A DNA stretch of 64,000 nucleotides from Acidobacteriota bacterium (GTDB lineage Bacteria; Acidobacteriota; Vicinamibacteria; Vicinamibacterales; UBA2999). This document shows positions 1 through 7,898 of this stretch, piece after piece. The position numbers and the translations under genes were made by a program. The stretch's first letter is position 1; every line of letters begins with the position of its first letter. The DNA lies in the NCBI GenBank assembly GCA_046732795.1, contig JBKPNV010000044.1, positions 4,629 to 68,628 on the forward strand, given 5' to 3'. The notes under the pieces are model-generated. The model had not been told where the DNA came from. It saw nothing but the letters and a program-made list of their open reading frames with translations, and searched no databases.

Positions 1-651
1 CGGCGGAGCCGCATCGGCCGCGGCGCTCTGAGCGGCCTGGCGAAGATACGGCACAGGCACCGGCGGCGACGCCGTTCCCTGCTCGTCGACTCGGAGAATC
101 CGGTCGATGCTGCGCCCGGCTCCGGCCGCGGCGGCATCCGCTTTTGCGCGGGCGTCCGAGACAGCCATCCGCAATGCCTCGCGCTCCAATTTCGCGTGAT
201 CTTTCATGTCGAACCTGATGCCGTTGAGCGAGGTCGCCCCCGACCCCACGGCGATCTCGAGATACTCACCCACGCGGTCGACGGTGTCGATCCGCACTTC
301 GATGGCGTTGCGGGCGACATAGCCGCGCCCGACCCGTTTGCCATTCACGAAGTCCCATTCGTACTGCACGTCGTAGCCAGTGGTGCGAATGGCGTCGGCC
401 GGAATACCGGCGGCGCGTAGCTTCTCCTGAACCGGGCGCATCAACTCAGTATTGCGGCTCTGCGCTTCGCGCGGGCTCGGGGCCCGCGACTCGGCACCAA
501 TCGTGATCCAGGCCCGATCGGGTACGGCGGTCAAGAGACCTTCACCAATGACGACGACCACCGGTTCGGCAGATGGCGCCGATACTGGTTGTGCAGCCGT
601 CACAGAGGGCACGAGCCACAGCAGGAACATGAGCATGGCGAGCCTCACCAT
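1..651 (-). CDS. SIMPL/DUF541 (BP26-like) periplasmic protein, C-terminus beyond left edge
   Basis: The open frame runs off the left edge. Start ATG is at 651-649, preceded by GGGGAAG. The translation starts MVRLAMLMFLLWLVPSVTAAQ (signal peptide), followed by GYDVQYEWDFVNGKRVGRGYVARNAIEVRIDTVDRVGEYLEIAV, typical of SIMPL domain proteins. Confidence 0.75.
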   Translation of the reverse strand, partial: MVRLAMLMFLLWLVPSVTAAQPVSAPSAEPVVVVIGEGLLTAVPDRAWITIGAESRAPSPREAQSRNTELMRPVQEKLRAAGIPADAIRTTGYDVQYEWDFVNGKRVGRGYVARNAIEVRIDTVDRVGEYLEIAVGSGATSLNGIRFDMKDHAKLEREALRMAVSDARAKADAAAAGAGRSIDRILRVDEQGTASPPVPVPYLRQAAQSAAADAAPP

Positions 652-721
652 CGTTCTTCCCCTTTACTGATTCTGACGCCGAGATACCGCTCAGGTTGTT
701 CCTCACTAGAATGGAGGCCGC

Positions 722-1918
722 ATGCCCCAGAGTGGTCCGCTCAGCGGTGTTTCGGTCCTCGATCTCACGCGAGTGCTGTCCGGCCCGTTCTGCACGATGA
801 TGCTCGCCGATATGGGCGCGCGAGTCATCAAGGTCGAACGTCCTGGTGGCGGCGACGAGACGCGCGCGTGGGGGCCGCCGTTTGTGGGCGGTGAGAGCGC
901 CTACTTCCTCGGCACGAATCGTAACAAAGAAAGTATCGCTCTCGACTTCAAGCGGCCCGAGGGGCGTCGCATCATCAATCGCCTTCTCGATCACGCCGAC
1001 GTCGTCGTCGAGAACTTCCGACCGGGCGCACTCGCCCGTCTGGGTCTGGATTACGCGTCGCTGAAGGAGGCGCATCCCAAACTGGTCTACGCGTCGATCT
1101 CCGGATTCGGACAAACCGGCCCGCGCCGATTCGAGGCCGGATACGACGCCGTCGTGCAGGCCGAAGGCGGGTTGATGAGCATCACGGGCGATGCCGAAGG
1201 ACCGCCGTTTCGCGTTGGCGTGGCCATCGCCGATCTCGTTGCCGGTATGCTGGCGGCTCACGGAATTGTTCTCTCTCTCTTCGCACGCGAGAAGACCGGC
1301 CGCGGTCAACAGGTCGATATCGGTATGCTGGATGGTGTCGTCTCGATCCTGAGTTATCACGCGTCGATGCACTTGACCGCGAACATTCGATCGCGTCGGG
1401 TCGGCAATCGACATGCGACGATTGCGCCGTACGACACCTTCGCTGCCGCCGACGGAGAGTTCTTCCTGGCGGTTGGCAACGACGATCAATTCCGCCGATT
1501 CTGCGCGGTTGCGGACGTCGGCTCACTTCCTCAGGATCCCAGGTACGCGACCAACCCCGCTCGCGTGGTGAATCACGTCGAGCTGCGCCAGCTACTCTCG
1601 CCGGTGCTCTGCACGCGGCCACGGGCCTACTGGATCGAGATCCTGACGCGGGCCGGCGTTCCGTGCGGCGCCGTGCGCGATGTTCCTGAGGCGCTCGCCG
1701 ATCCGCAGATCCTGGCGCGCGAGATGATTCAATCGGTCGAACACGTCACCGCCGGAATGCTCAACGTCGTCGGCGTGCCCGTCAAGCTCTCGGAGACGCC
1801 AGGATCGGTGCGAGCCGCGCCGCCGACGCTGGGGCAGCACACAGAAGCGATTCTGCGAGAGCTGCGGATCGGCGACGACGAGATCGTCCGCCTGCGTGAT
1901 GCTCGCGTGATCGGTTAA
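722..1918 (+). CDS. Family III CoA-transferase (CaiB/BaiF type)
   Basis: 398-aa ORF with a GGAGG RBS at 713-717. The N-terminus LSGVSVLDLTRVLSGPFCTMMLADMGARVIKVERPGGGDETR is the CaiB/BaiF signature region. Confidence 0.9.
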   Translation: MPQSGPLSGVSVLDLTRVLSGPFCTMMLADMGARVIKVERPGGGDETRAWGPPFVGGESAYFLGTNRNKESIALDFKRPEGRRIINRLLDHADVVVENFRPGALARLGLDYASLKEAHPKLVYASISGFGQTGPRRFEAGYDAVVQAEGGLMSITGDAEGPPFRVGVAIADLVAGMLAAHGIVLSLFAREKTGRGQQVDIGMLDGVVSILSYHASMHLTANIRSRRVGNRHATIAPYDTFAAADGEFFLAVGNDDQFRRFCAVADVGSLPQDPRYATNPARVVNHVELRQLLSPVLCTRPRAYWIEILTRAGVPCGAVRDVPEALADPQILAREMIQSVEHVTAGMLNVVGVPVKLSETPGSVRAAPPTLGQHTEAILRELRIGDDEIVRLRDARVIG

Positions 1919-1925
1919 CGAGTGA

Positions 1926-2381
1926 ATGACGATCGTCCCGGGAGTCACCACAGTGGAAATATCGCAAGTCCGCAAACGCATTCAGGCCGCGATCACGACG
2001 GCTCGCGATCGCGCAAAACAGCGTCGTCAGAAGTCAGATGAAGCAGAGCAGGCCTATGTGGCCTTCCTCGAGTATCTCGCCGGCCCGCTCGCGCGCCAGA
2101 TCGTCAATGCGTTGCGCGCCGAAGGCTATTCGTTCACCGTATCGACACCCGGCCGGGGTCTGCGGCTCTCTTCGGATCAGGGTCGTGACGACTTCATCGA
2201 GCTGGCGCTCAACACTGATACCGACCAGCCGTATATCGTCGGGCGGATCCGCCGGACGCGCGGCTCACGCACGCTCGACGACGAGCGTGCCGTGAAGCCG
2301 GGTGCGGCGCCGCAGGATGTGAGCGAGAGCGATCTGCTGGAATTCTTCGCGCGGGCGCTGGAGCCGTGGCTGGAGCGGTAA
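1926..2381 (+). CDS. Hypothetical protein
   Basis: 151-aa ORF starting 8 nt after the CoA-transferase stop on the same strand. No motif recognised. Confidence 0.5.
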   Translation: MTIVPGVTTVEISQVRKRIQAAITTARDRAKQRRQKSDEAEQAYVAFLEYLAGPLARQIVNALRAEGYSFTVSTPGRGLRLSSDQGRDDFIELALNTDTDQPYIVGRIRRTRGSRTLDDERAVKPGAAPQDVSESDLLEFFARALEPWLER

Positions 2382-2399
2382 TAAAGTGAAAGTCGTATC

Positions 2400-2532
2400 T
2401 GTGATTCTCGATCTGTGACTGTGGAAGTTGGTGAATGACGATTGTGGATTTGATTTGCGAATCAACGTTGCCGATCACCAATCAACAACCGTCAATCAAA
2501 AACGACTCAACGATCATCGATCGTCAAATCAG
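2400..2532. repeat. Long imperfect palindrome in a low-GC spacer between convergent genes
   Basis: The G/T-rich left half (e.g. tgaatgacgattgtggatt, 2432-2450) is the near reverse complement (16/19) of the A/C-rich right half (aatcaacaaccgtcaatca, 2480-2498). Weaker complementarity extends to the outer flanks. Confidence 0.5.
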
Positions 2533-2540
2533 TGTTGCGG

Positions 2541-2963
2541 TTACTGCGCCCGCAGCAGGAGGACAGGAATCTTCACGACGTGACGGACTCTGCTGACCGT
2601 CGTCCCGCGCAACAGATCGTTCAGGAACCGATGGCCGTGTGTGGACATCGCGATGAGATCCACGTGCCGTTCTTCCGCCAACCGAATGAGCTCGGTGGCC
2701 GGATCGCCCATCGCGAGCTCGGCTTCCACCTTGAGAGAGTCGGCGGTGAGCTCTGAAGCAATCTGTTGCAGATACGCGCGATCGCTCTTCATCTCCTCGG
2801 ATTCACGCAGCTGCAGCTGATCGAAGTTGCGCGCTGCCCATCCATCGGCAACGTGCACGAGCAGGATCTCGGCTTGCGTGAGCGCCGCGAGTTGGCGCAC
2901 GTGCGTGAGGATCGTGCGGTCGGCCGAAGAGTTCTCGACGGCGACGAGGATCCGGCGGTACAT
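2541..2963 (-). CDS. Universal stress protein (UspA family)
   Basis: Internal ATG at 2963 gives MYRRILVAVENSSADRTILTHVRQLA...HVDLIAMSTHGHRFLNDLLRGTTVSRVRHVVKIPVLLL. The longer 264-aa ORF upstream overlaps mntH and is rejected. The start lies 6 nt after the mntH stop. Confidence 0.85.
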   Translation of the reverse strand: MYRRILVAVENSSADRTILTHVRQLAALTQAEILLVHVADGWAARNFDQLQLRESEEMKSDRAYLQQIASELTADSLKVEAELAMGDPATELIRLAEERHVDLIAMSTHGHRFLNDLLRGTTVSRVRHVVKIPVLLLRAQ

Positions 2964-2968
2964 GGGTT

Positions 2969-4318
2969 CTATCCGAAAAACGTCTGATAGAGCAGCCAGA
3001 CGTTCAGTGCCGCAATGATAACGGCAATCGTCCACGCCAGCGCCTGCACCCAGCGCGGAGCGACGAAGACGCCCATTTTCCAACGATTGCTCGTGAAGCT
3101 GACCAGCGGAAACACGGCGAACGGCAACTGCAGACTCAATATCACCTGGCTGAGAATGAGCAGCGCTCCCGTGCCGCGCTCGCCGTAGAAGCTGACAACG
3201 ATTACCGCCGGAACGATCGCGACGAGCCGTGTAATGAGCCGGCGGAGCCAGGGCCGCAGACGGATGTTGACGAAGCCCTCCATCACGATCTGGCCAGCGA
3301 GCGTGCCGGTCAGCGTCGCGTTCTGCCCTGAACACAACAACGCAACGGCGAACAGGATTCCGGCCGCACTCGTGCCAAGCAGGGGAGAGAGGAGCTGATG
3401 CGCGTCGCCGATGTCAGCCACCGACTCGTGTTCCGTTCCGTGGAAGACCGCGGCCGAGACAATCAGGATCGCGGCATTGATAAACAGCGCCGACATCAGC
3501 GCAATCGATGAATCCAGCGTCGCGAACCGAATCGCTTCCTTCTTGCTCGCCAGCGTATCCGTGTAGCGGCGCGTCTGCACGATCGACGAGTGCAGGTAGA
3601 GGTTGTGCGGCATCACCGTCGCGCCAAGGATGCCGAGCGCGATATACAGCATTTCCGGGTTCGTGACGATCGAGGTCCGCGGAACGAATCCTCCTACCAG
3701 CGCGCCCATGTCCGGGCGAGCGAGGAGAATCTGAATCGCGAACGAGCCGGCAATCGCGACAATGAGGGCGACGACGAGCGCTTCGACGTAGCGAAAGCCG
3801 CGATGCTGCAGGAACAGAATCAGCAGAACATCGAAGGCCGTCAGCGACACGCCCCAGATGAGCGGCAGGCCGAACAACAGATTCAGCGCGATCGCCGCGC
3901 CTATGACTTCCGCGAGGTCGCACGCGGCAATGGCGATTTCGCACAACACCCAGAGCACGATGGTGACCGGCTTGGAGTAGCTGTCGCGGCAGGCTTGCGC
4001 CAGGTCGCGTCCGCTGGCGATGCCGAGCCGCACGGCCAGCGCCTGCAGCAGGATCGCCATCAGGTTCGAAATCAGGATCACGCTCAGGAGCGTGTAGCCG
4101 TAGCGCGCGCCTCCGGCGAGGTCGGTTGCCCAGTTGCCCGGGTCCATGTACCCGACCGCAACGAGGTAGCCGGGACCGGCAAACGCGAACAGCTTGCGCC
4201 AGAAGCCGGCATCCTGCGGAACGGCGATCGAGCCGTGCACCTCACGGAGGCTGGGAGCATCGGGGACGCTGCGCCAGCCGCCTTGCGCGGCCGTCGAGGC
4301 GGGAACGTCACCGTCCAT
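2969..4318 (-). CDS. mntH: Nramp-family divalent metal (Mn2+/Fe2+) transporter MntH
   Basis: 449-aa polytopic ORF with the canonical motifs [23 protein letters not shown] and [13 protein letters not shown]. Confidence 0.95.
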   Translation of the reverse strand: MDGDVPASTAAQGGWRSVPDAPSLREVHGSIAVPQDAGFWRKLFAFAGPGYLVAVGYMDPGNWATDLAGGARYGYTLLSVILISNLMAILLQALAVRLGIASGRDLAQACRDSYSKPVTIVLWVLCEIAIAACDLAEVIGAAIALNLLFGLPLIWGVSLTAFDVLLILFLQHRGFRYVEALVVALIVAIAGSFAIQILLARPDMGALVGGFVPRTSIVTNPEMLYIALGILGATVMPHNLYLHSSIVQTRRYTDTLASKKEAIRFATLDSSIALMSALFINAAILIVSAAVFHGTEHESVADIGDAHQLLSPLLGTSAAGILFAVALLCSGQNATLTGTLAGQIVMEGFVNIRLRPWLRRLITRLVAIVPAVIVVSFYGERGTGALLILSQVILSLQLPFAVFPLVSFTSNRWKMGVFVAPRWVQALAWTIAVIIAALNVWLLYQTFFG

Positions 4319-4334
4319 GGAAGTCGCCGCTCAT

Positions 4335-4350
4335 TTTTGAATACTCAAAA
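4335..4350. promoter_or_regulatory. Candidate MntR/DtxR-type operator in the mntH / mntR divergent region
   Basis: Inverted repeat TTTTGA-atac-TCAAAA inside the only AT-rich stretch (4319-4393) between the divergent mntH and regulator starts. Confidence 0.4.
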
Positions 4351-4393
4351 TTTATATTGTCCTATATCAAAAGTCAAATTAGACTGCGCTCAA

Positions 4394-5053
4394 ATGCCGT
4401 CGAGCACCGTCGAGAACTATCTCAAGGCCATTTACATTGGCACCAACAGCCTCCAGCCGCCCCAACGCCTGCTGCCCATGGGGCAACTCGCCGCGGCGCT
4501 CAACGTGACGCCTGGAACCGCGACGACAATGGTCAAGACGCTGGCCGAGTCGGGCCTCGTCGAGTACGAGCCGTATGCCGGCGTCGCGCTGACAAAAGCC
4601 GGACAGAAGCTCGCGGCCCTCGTCACGCGCCGGCATCGGCTGATCGAGCTCTTCCTCGTTCAGGTGATGGGATATTCGTGGGATGAGGTTCACGACGAGG
4701 CAGAGCAACTCGAGCACACCGTCAGCGACCGGTTCGTCGATCGGATGGACGCGATGCTCGGTCGGCCCGATACCGATCCGCACGGCGATCCGATTCCCAA
4801 CGCGGACGGCCTGATCAAGCCGCAGAAGAAGGTGCAGACGCTCCTCACCTGTCCGCTGGGCACGGCCGTCACCGTCACGCGCGTGATCGATCAGGACAAA
4901 GACTTTCTGCGCTTCATCGAGCACCACAACCTGAAGCCGGGCGAAGCGATTCTGGTCGAAGAGCGCGACGCGGCAGCGGACAGCGTACGGGTGCGGGGAG
5001 GCAACAATCGTCGCCTCACGATCGGAACACGGGCCGCATCCAAGGTGCTCGTG
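4394..5053 (+). CDS. mntR: DtxR/MntR-family metal-dependent regulator (regulator-homologous segment; no stop codon, see findings)
   Basis: Sequence runs MPSSTVENYLKAIYIGT...TPGTATTMVKTLAESGLVEYEPYAGVALTKAGQKLAALVTRRHRLIELFLVQVMGYSWDEVHDEAEQLEHTVSD. A FeoA/SH3-like C-terminal part follows, ending ...IGTRAASKVLV. The frame continues uninterrupted to 6172. Confidence 0.85.
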
Positions 5054-5059
5054 CAGGCT

Positions 5060-6172
5060 GTGCACCTCCTGCTCCTCGTCCTGCTGTCGGTTCCTGTATG
5101 CGCGCAAGCGACACAGAAGGCGCTGGAGCCGCCGCGCACCGCCCTCTCGGGGTACATGGACTTTCATTTCAACAACGCAGAGTTCAGCGACGCGCAACTG
5201 GATTTCCACCGATTCGTCCTGCTCGTCACGCATTCGTTCTCGGAACGCATCCGTTTCGTCGGCGAGTTGGAGCTCGAACACGCCGTCGTCGAAGGACTCG
5301 AAGAGAAGGGCGAGCTGGAACTCGAGCAAGCCTACGTTGACTTCTTGCTCTCGCGCTCATTCAACGTACGGGCGGGGATGATGCTCATGCCGATTGGCAT
5401 CATCAACGAGCGGCACGAACCGCCCGTTTACTACGGTGTCGAGCGTCCGTTCAATGACACGGTCATCGTCCCTACGACCTGGTTCGAAGCGGGTGCGGGG
5501 GTGCATGGAGAACTCGGCCGGGGGTGGCGTTATCGCGCGTTCATCGTGGCGCCGCTCGATGCCGCCGAGTTCAGCGCTGAAGAAGGTCTTCGTGACGGGC
5601 GCCAGAAGGGCTCTGAGGCGAACGTGGGGCGGCCCGCGGTCACGGGGCGGGTGGAGTACGTTGCCATTCGCGGGCTCACGCTTGGCGCCAGCGGGTGGTC
5701 GGGCCGCTCCGGGTTTCAGTTCCGCCCCGTCTTCGATGTGCCGGTTTCGCTGGCGGAGGTCGATGGGCGCTACTCCCGCCGGCGCCTGGAGCTTCGCGGC
5801 CAGTTCTCCCAGGTCTGGATCGACAACGCCGGGCAATTGAATGAAGCGCTCGCGCGTCGCGTCGGCGTCAACCCCAACATCGCGCGGATCCTGCGCGGCT
5901 TCTACGGCGAGGCCGGGTATCGCGCGATCGCGAACGCGGCATTTGGTGAAGTCGGTGCCTTCGTCCGCTACGAAAACTTCGACACGCAGTTTCGAATGCC
6001 AAGCGGGTACGTCGGGCTTCCGCAGTTCGATCGCGACGCGTGGGTCGTCGGCGCGACGTACTGGCCCGATCCTGACGTGGCGGTCAAGTTCGATTACTCA
6101 CTCGTGCGCAGCCGCAGTTCGGTGGTCGAGGCGCCAGACTCATTCAATGTCGGCCTGGGATGGTGGTTCTGA
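5060..6172 (+). CDS. Putative outer-membrane beta-barrel porin (possible metal channel)
   Basis: In-frame GTG candidates at 5051 and 5060 give (M)HLLLLVLLSVPVCAQA, a signal peptide. The sequence has an alternating beta-strand-like pattern. The C-terminus FNVGLGWWF carries the terminal aromatic residue typical of OMPs. Confidence 0.6.
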   Translation: MHLLLLVLLSVPVCAQATQKALEPPRTALSGYMDFHFNNAEFSDAQLDFHRFVLLVTHSFSERIRFVGELELEHAVVEGLEEKGELELEQAYVDFLLSRSFNVRAGMMLMPIGIINERHEPPVYYGVERPFNDTVIVPTTWFEAGAGVHGELGRGWRYRAFIVAPLDAAEFSAEEGLRDGRQKGSEANVGRPAVTGRVEYVAIRGLTLGASGWSGRSGFQFRPVFDVPVSLAEVDGRYSRRRLELRGQFSQVWIDNAGQLNEALARRVGVNPNIARILRGFYGEAGYRAIANAAFGEVGAFVRYENFDTQFRMPSGYVGLPQFDRDAWVVGATYWPDPDVAVKFDYSLVRSRSSVVEAPDSFNVGLGWWF

Positions 6173-6612
6173 TGCGATACGCATTGACGTCACTCGTGCT
6201 TCTCGTTCATGCGTTATCGGATCCGGCTAAAGCCGGACACTACGACAGCCCGCCCCTCCGCCACGTAGCGTCCGGCTTCAGCCGCACCATGACACACGTA
6301 GGGTCCGGCTTTAGCCGGACTGCCGCGCAGGAAAATCAGCTCATCGAGATCATCGCCGAGCGCTTCAGTTTCAATCCATCGGAGATCCGCGTGAAGGCAG
6401 GGACGCCGCTCGAGATCCGGCTCACGAGCGAAGACACGATGCACGGCTTTCACATCCTTGGTACCGACATCGACCTCGAGCTTCCCAAGCGCGGTCGTGG
6501 CGTGGCCTCTGTCGTGTTTCAGCCCACGGCCGGCCGTTACACGTTCGAATGTTCAAGGCTGTGTGGCGCCGGCCACGCGTTCATGCGCGGCGTCATCATC
6601 GCCACCGAGTAG
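6172..6612 (+). CDS. Exported cupredoxin-fold protein with CuA-type (COX2-like) copper site
   Basis: The ATG overlaps the porin stop (TGATG). Signal peptide is MRYALTSLVLLVHALS. The copper-site motif is MHGF...ECSRLCGAGHAFM, i.e. H...CxxxCGxxHxxM. Confidence 0.8.
   Translation: MRYALTSLVLLVHALSDPAKAGHYDSPPLRHVASGFSRTMTHVGSGFSRTAAQENQLIEIIAERFSFNPSEIRVKAGTPLEIRLTSEDTMHGFHILGTDIDLELPKRGRGVASVVFQPTAGRYTFECSRLCGAGHAFMRGVIIATE
6219..6322. repeat. Three REP-like palindromic elements (family 1) inside the cupredoxin ORF
   Basis: The copies are tccggctaaagccgga (6221-6236), gtccggcttcagccgcac (6269-6286) and gtccggctttagccggac (6302-6319). The same element is found in intergenic positions at 9376, 47759 and 61691. 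Confidence 0.7.
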
Positions 6613-6623
6613 CGAGGTTGCAC

Positions 6624-7820
6624 ATGTCGCGCCCAGTAGTCGTGTCCGGCATTCGGACCGCGTCGGTGACCGGGGTCGTTCTCGTCAGCGCCCTGCTCTC
6701 GGCGCAAGCACCGGGCGTCATACCCGGGGATCCGCTGTCCGGCGCAACTCCGGTCGAGTTCGAGGAGTTTCGTGTCGGGCTCGACGACTTCCTCGAAGTC
6801 GAGACGGCGGACGAGGGCCTGGGTCCGGCCTACAACGGCACCAGCTGCGGCGCGTGTCACAGCGTGCCTGCAGTTGGCGGCACGGGACATATCGCCGAAG
6901 TCCGCGCCGCCCGACGCGGTCCCCGGGGCGAGTTCGTTTCCCTCGATCCTTCTGGCGAGACGCTCTTTCACCTTTTCTCGGTTCCCAGTCACTCGTGCCA
7001 GCCCGTGATTCCAGCCGACGCGACCATCGTCGCTCGTCGCGTGCCCCTCCCGCTCTTCGGCGCAGGGCTCGTCGAAGCCATTCCCGACGAGTCGCTGCTT
7101 GCGCTCGAGGACCCGATTGATCGAAATCGCGACGGCGTCAGCGGCCGCGCCGCGATCATCACCGACGCGGCGTCAGGCCAACGACGCGTCGGCCGGTTCG
7201 GGTGGAAGGCGCAGCACGCCACGCTTCTCTCATTCGGCGCCGACGCCTATCGCAACGAAATGGGGATCACCAACGAGCTCTTCTCGCAGGAGCTGGCAGT
7301 GGGTATCACCAGCGACCGCATGCGCGTGTGCGATCTGATTCCCGATATCGAGGACAGGCGGGATCCCCGGACAGGCCGGCGTGGCATCGATAACTTCGCC
7401 AGCTTCATGAAGCTGCTGGCGCCAGTGGGACGCGGTCCCACCGGCGAGGCCGCCCGAATCGGTGAACAGATGTTTCACTCTATTGGCTGCGCCGCCTGTC
7501 ACACGCCGTCGATCGAGACCGGGCCGAGCAGCAATCCGCTCTTCGATCATCGTCAGGTGCCGTTGTTCTCAGACCTGCTGCTGCACGACACCGGGACTGG
7601 CGACGGCATCGCGCAGGGTGTCGCGGCGCCAGAGGAAATTCGCACCCCGGCGTTGTGGGGACTACGGTTTCGCAGACCGTACCTGCACGATGGATCCGCT
7701 GCGACTCTCGAAGAGAGCATCGGCCGTCACGGCAACGAGGCCGAACTCGCGCGCCGGGGATACGAGCGAGCCCCCGATAGCGATCGCGCCGCCCTGCTGG
7801 CGTTCCTCAGATCTCTCTAG
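6624..7820 (+). CDS. Di-haem cytochrome c peroxidase-like protein (DUF1111 / thiol oxidoreductase-like family)
   Basis: ATG at 6624 with a GAGG RBS at 6614-6617. Signal peptide present. Two CxxCH motifs (CGACH, CAACH). The region DGVSGR...GRFGWKAQ is typical of DUF1111. Confidence 0.85.
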   Translation: MSRPVVVSGIRTASVTGVVLVSALLSAQAPGVIPGDPLSGATPVEFEEFRVGLDDFLEVETADEGLGPAYNGTSCGACHSVPAVGGTGHIAEVRAARRGPRGEFVSLDPSGETLFHLFSVPSHSCQPVIPADATIVARRVPLPLFGAGLVEAIPDESLLALEDPIDRNRDGVSGRAAIITDAASGQRRVGRFGWKAQHATLLSFGADAYRNEMGITNELFSQELAVGITSDRMRVCDLIPDIEDRRDPRTGRRGIDNFASFMKLLAPVGRGPTGEAARIGEQMFHSIGCAACHTPSIETGPSSNPLFDHRQVPLFSDLLLHDTGTGDGIAQGVAAPEEIRTPALWGLRFRRPYLHDGSAATLEESIGRHGNEAELARRGYERAPDSDRAALLAFLRSL

Positions 7821-7881
7821 ACGGGGTCAGACCCCTTCCCGGATCTGCGCAGTGTGCAGTTCTGCGACGGGGTCTGACCCC
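7820..7881. repeat. Pair of REP-like palindromes (family 2, GACGGGGTCWGACCCC)
   Basis: The copies are gacggggtcagacccc (7820-7835) and gacggggtctgacccc (7866-7881). A third copy lies at 57753-57768. Confidence 0.6.
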
Positions 7882-7884
7882 ACG

Positions 7885-7890
7885 TATAAT
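7885..7890 (+). promoter_or_regulatory. Perfect -10 hexamer TATAAT just upstream of the Nramp-like ORF
   Basis: TATAAT at 7885-7890. The only in-frame start candidate (TTG 7899) lies 8 nt downstream. Confidence 0.3.
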
Positions 7891-7898
7891 CGCCCGCC

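Noticed and set aside
542-1489. 315-aa minus-strand ORF.
   Set aside because: It overlaps the CaiB/BaiF CoA-transferase gene in antisense. The real minus-strand gene at the left edge (SIMPL protein) is in another frame and ends at 651.
2969-3335. N-terminal extension of the UspA ORF (264-aa version starting at 3335).
   Set aside because: The extension overlaps the mntH coding region in another frame. The Usp domain begins at the internal ATG 2963, 6 nt after the mntH stop.
3590-4393. The 5' third of the 860-aa plus-strand ORF (3590-6172).
   Set aside because: It lies antisense to the clearly genuine mntH gene and has no recognisable motifs. The real coding part of this frame begins at ATG 4394 with the DtxR-family N-terminus. 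Long antisense ORFs are expected at this GC content.
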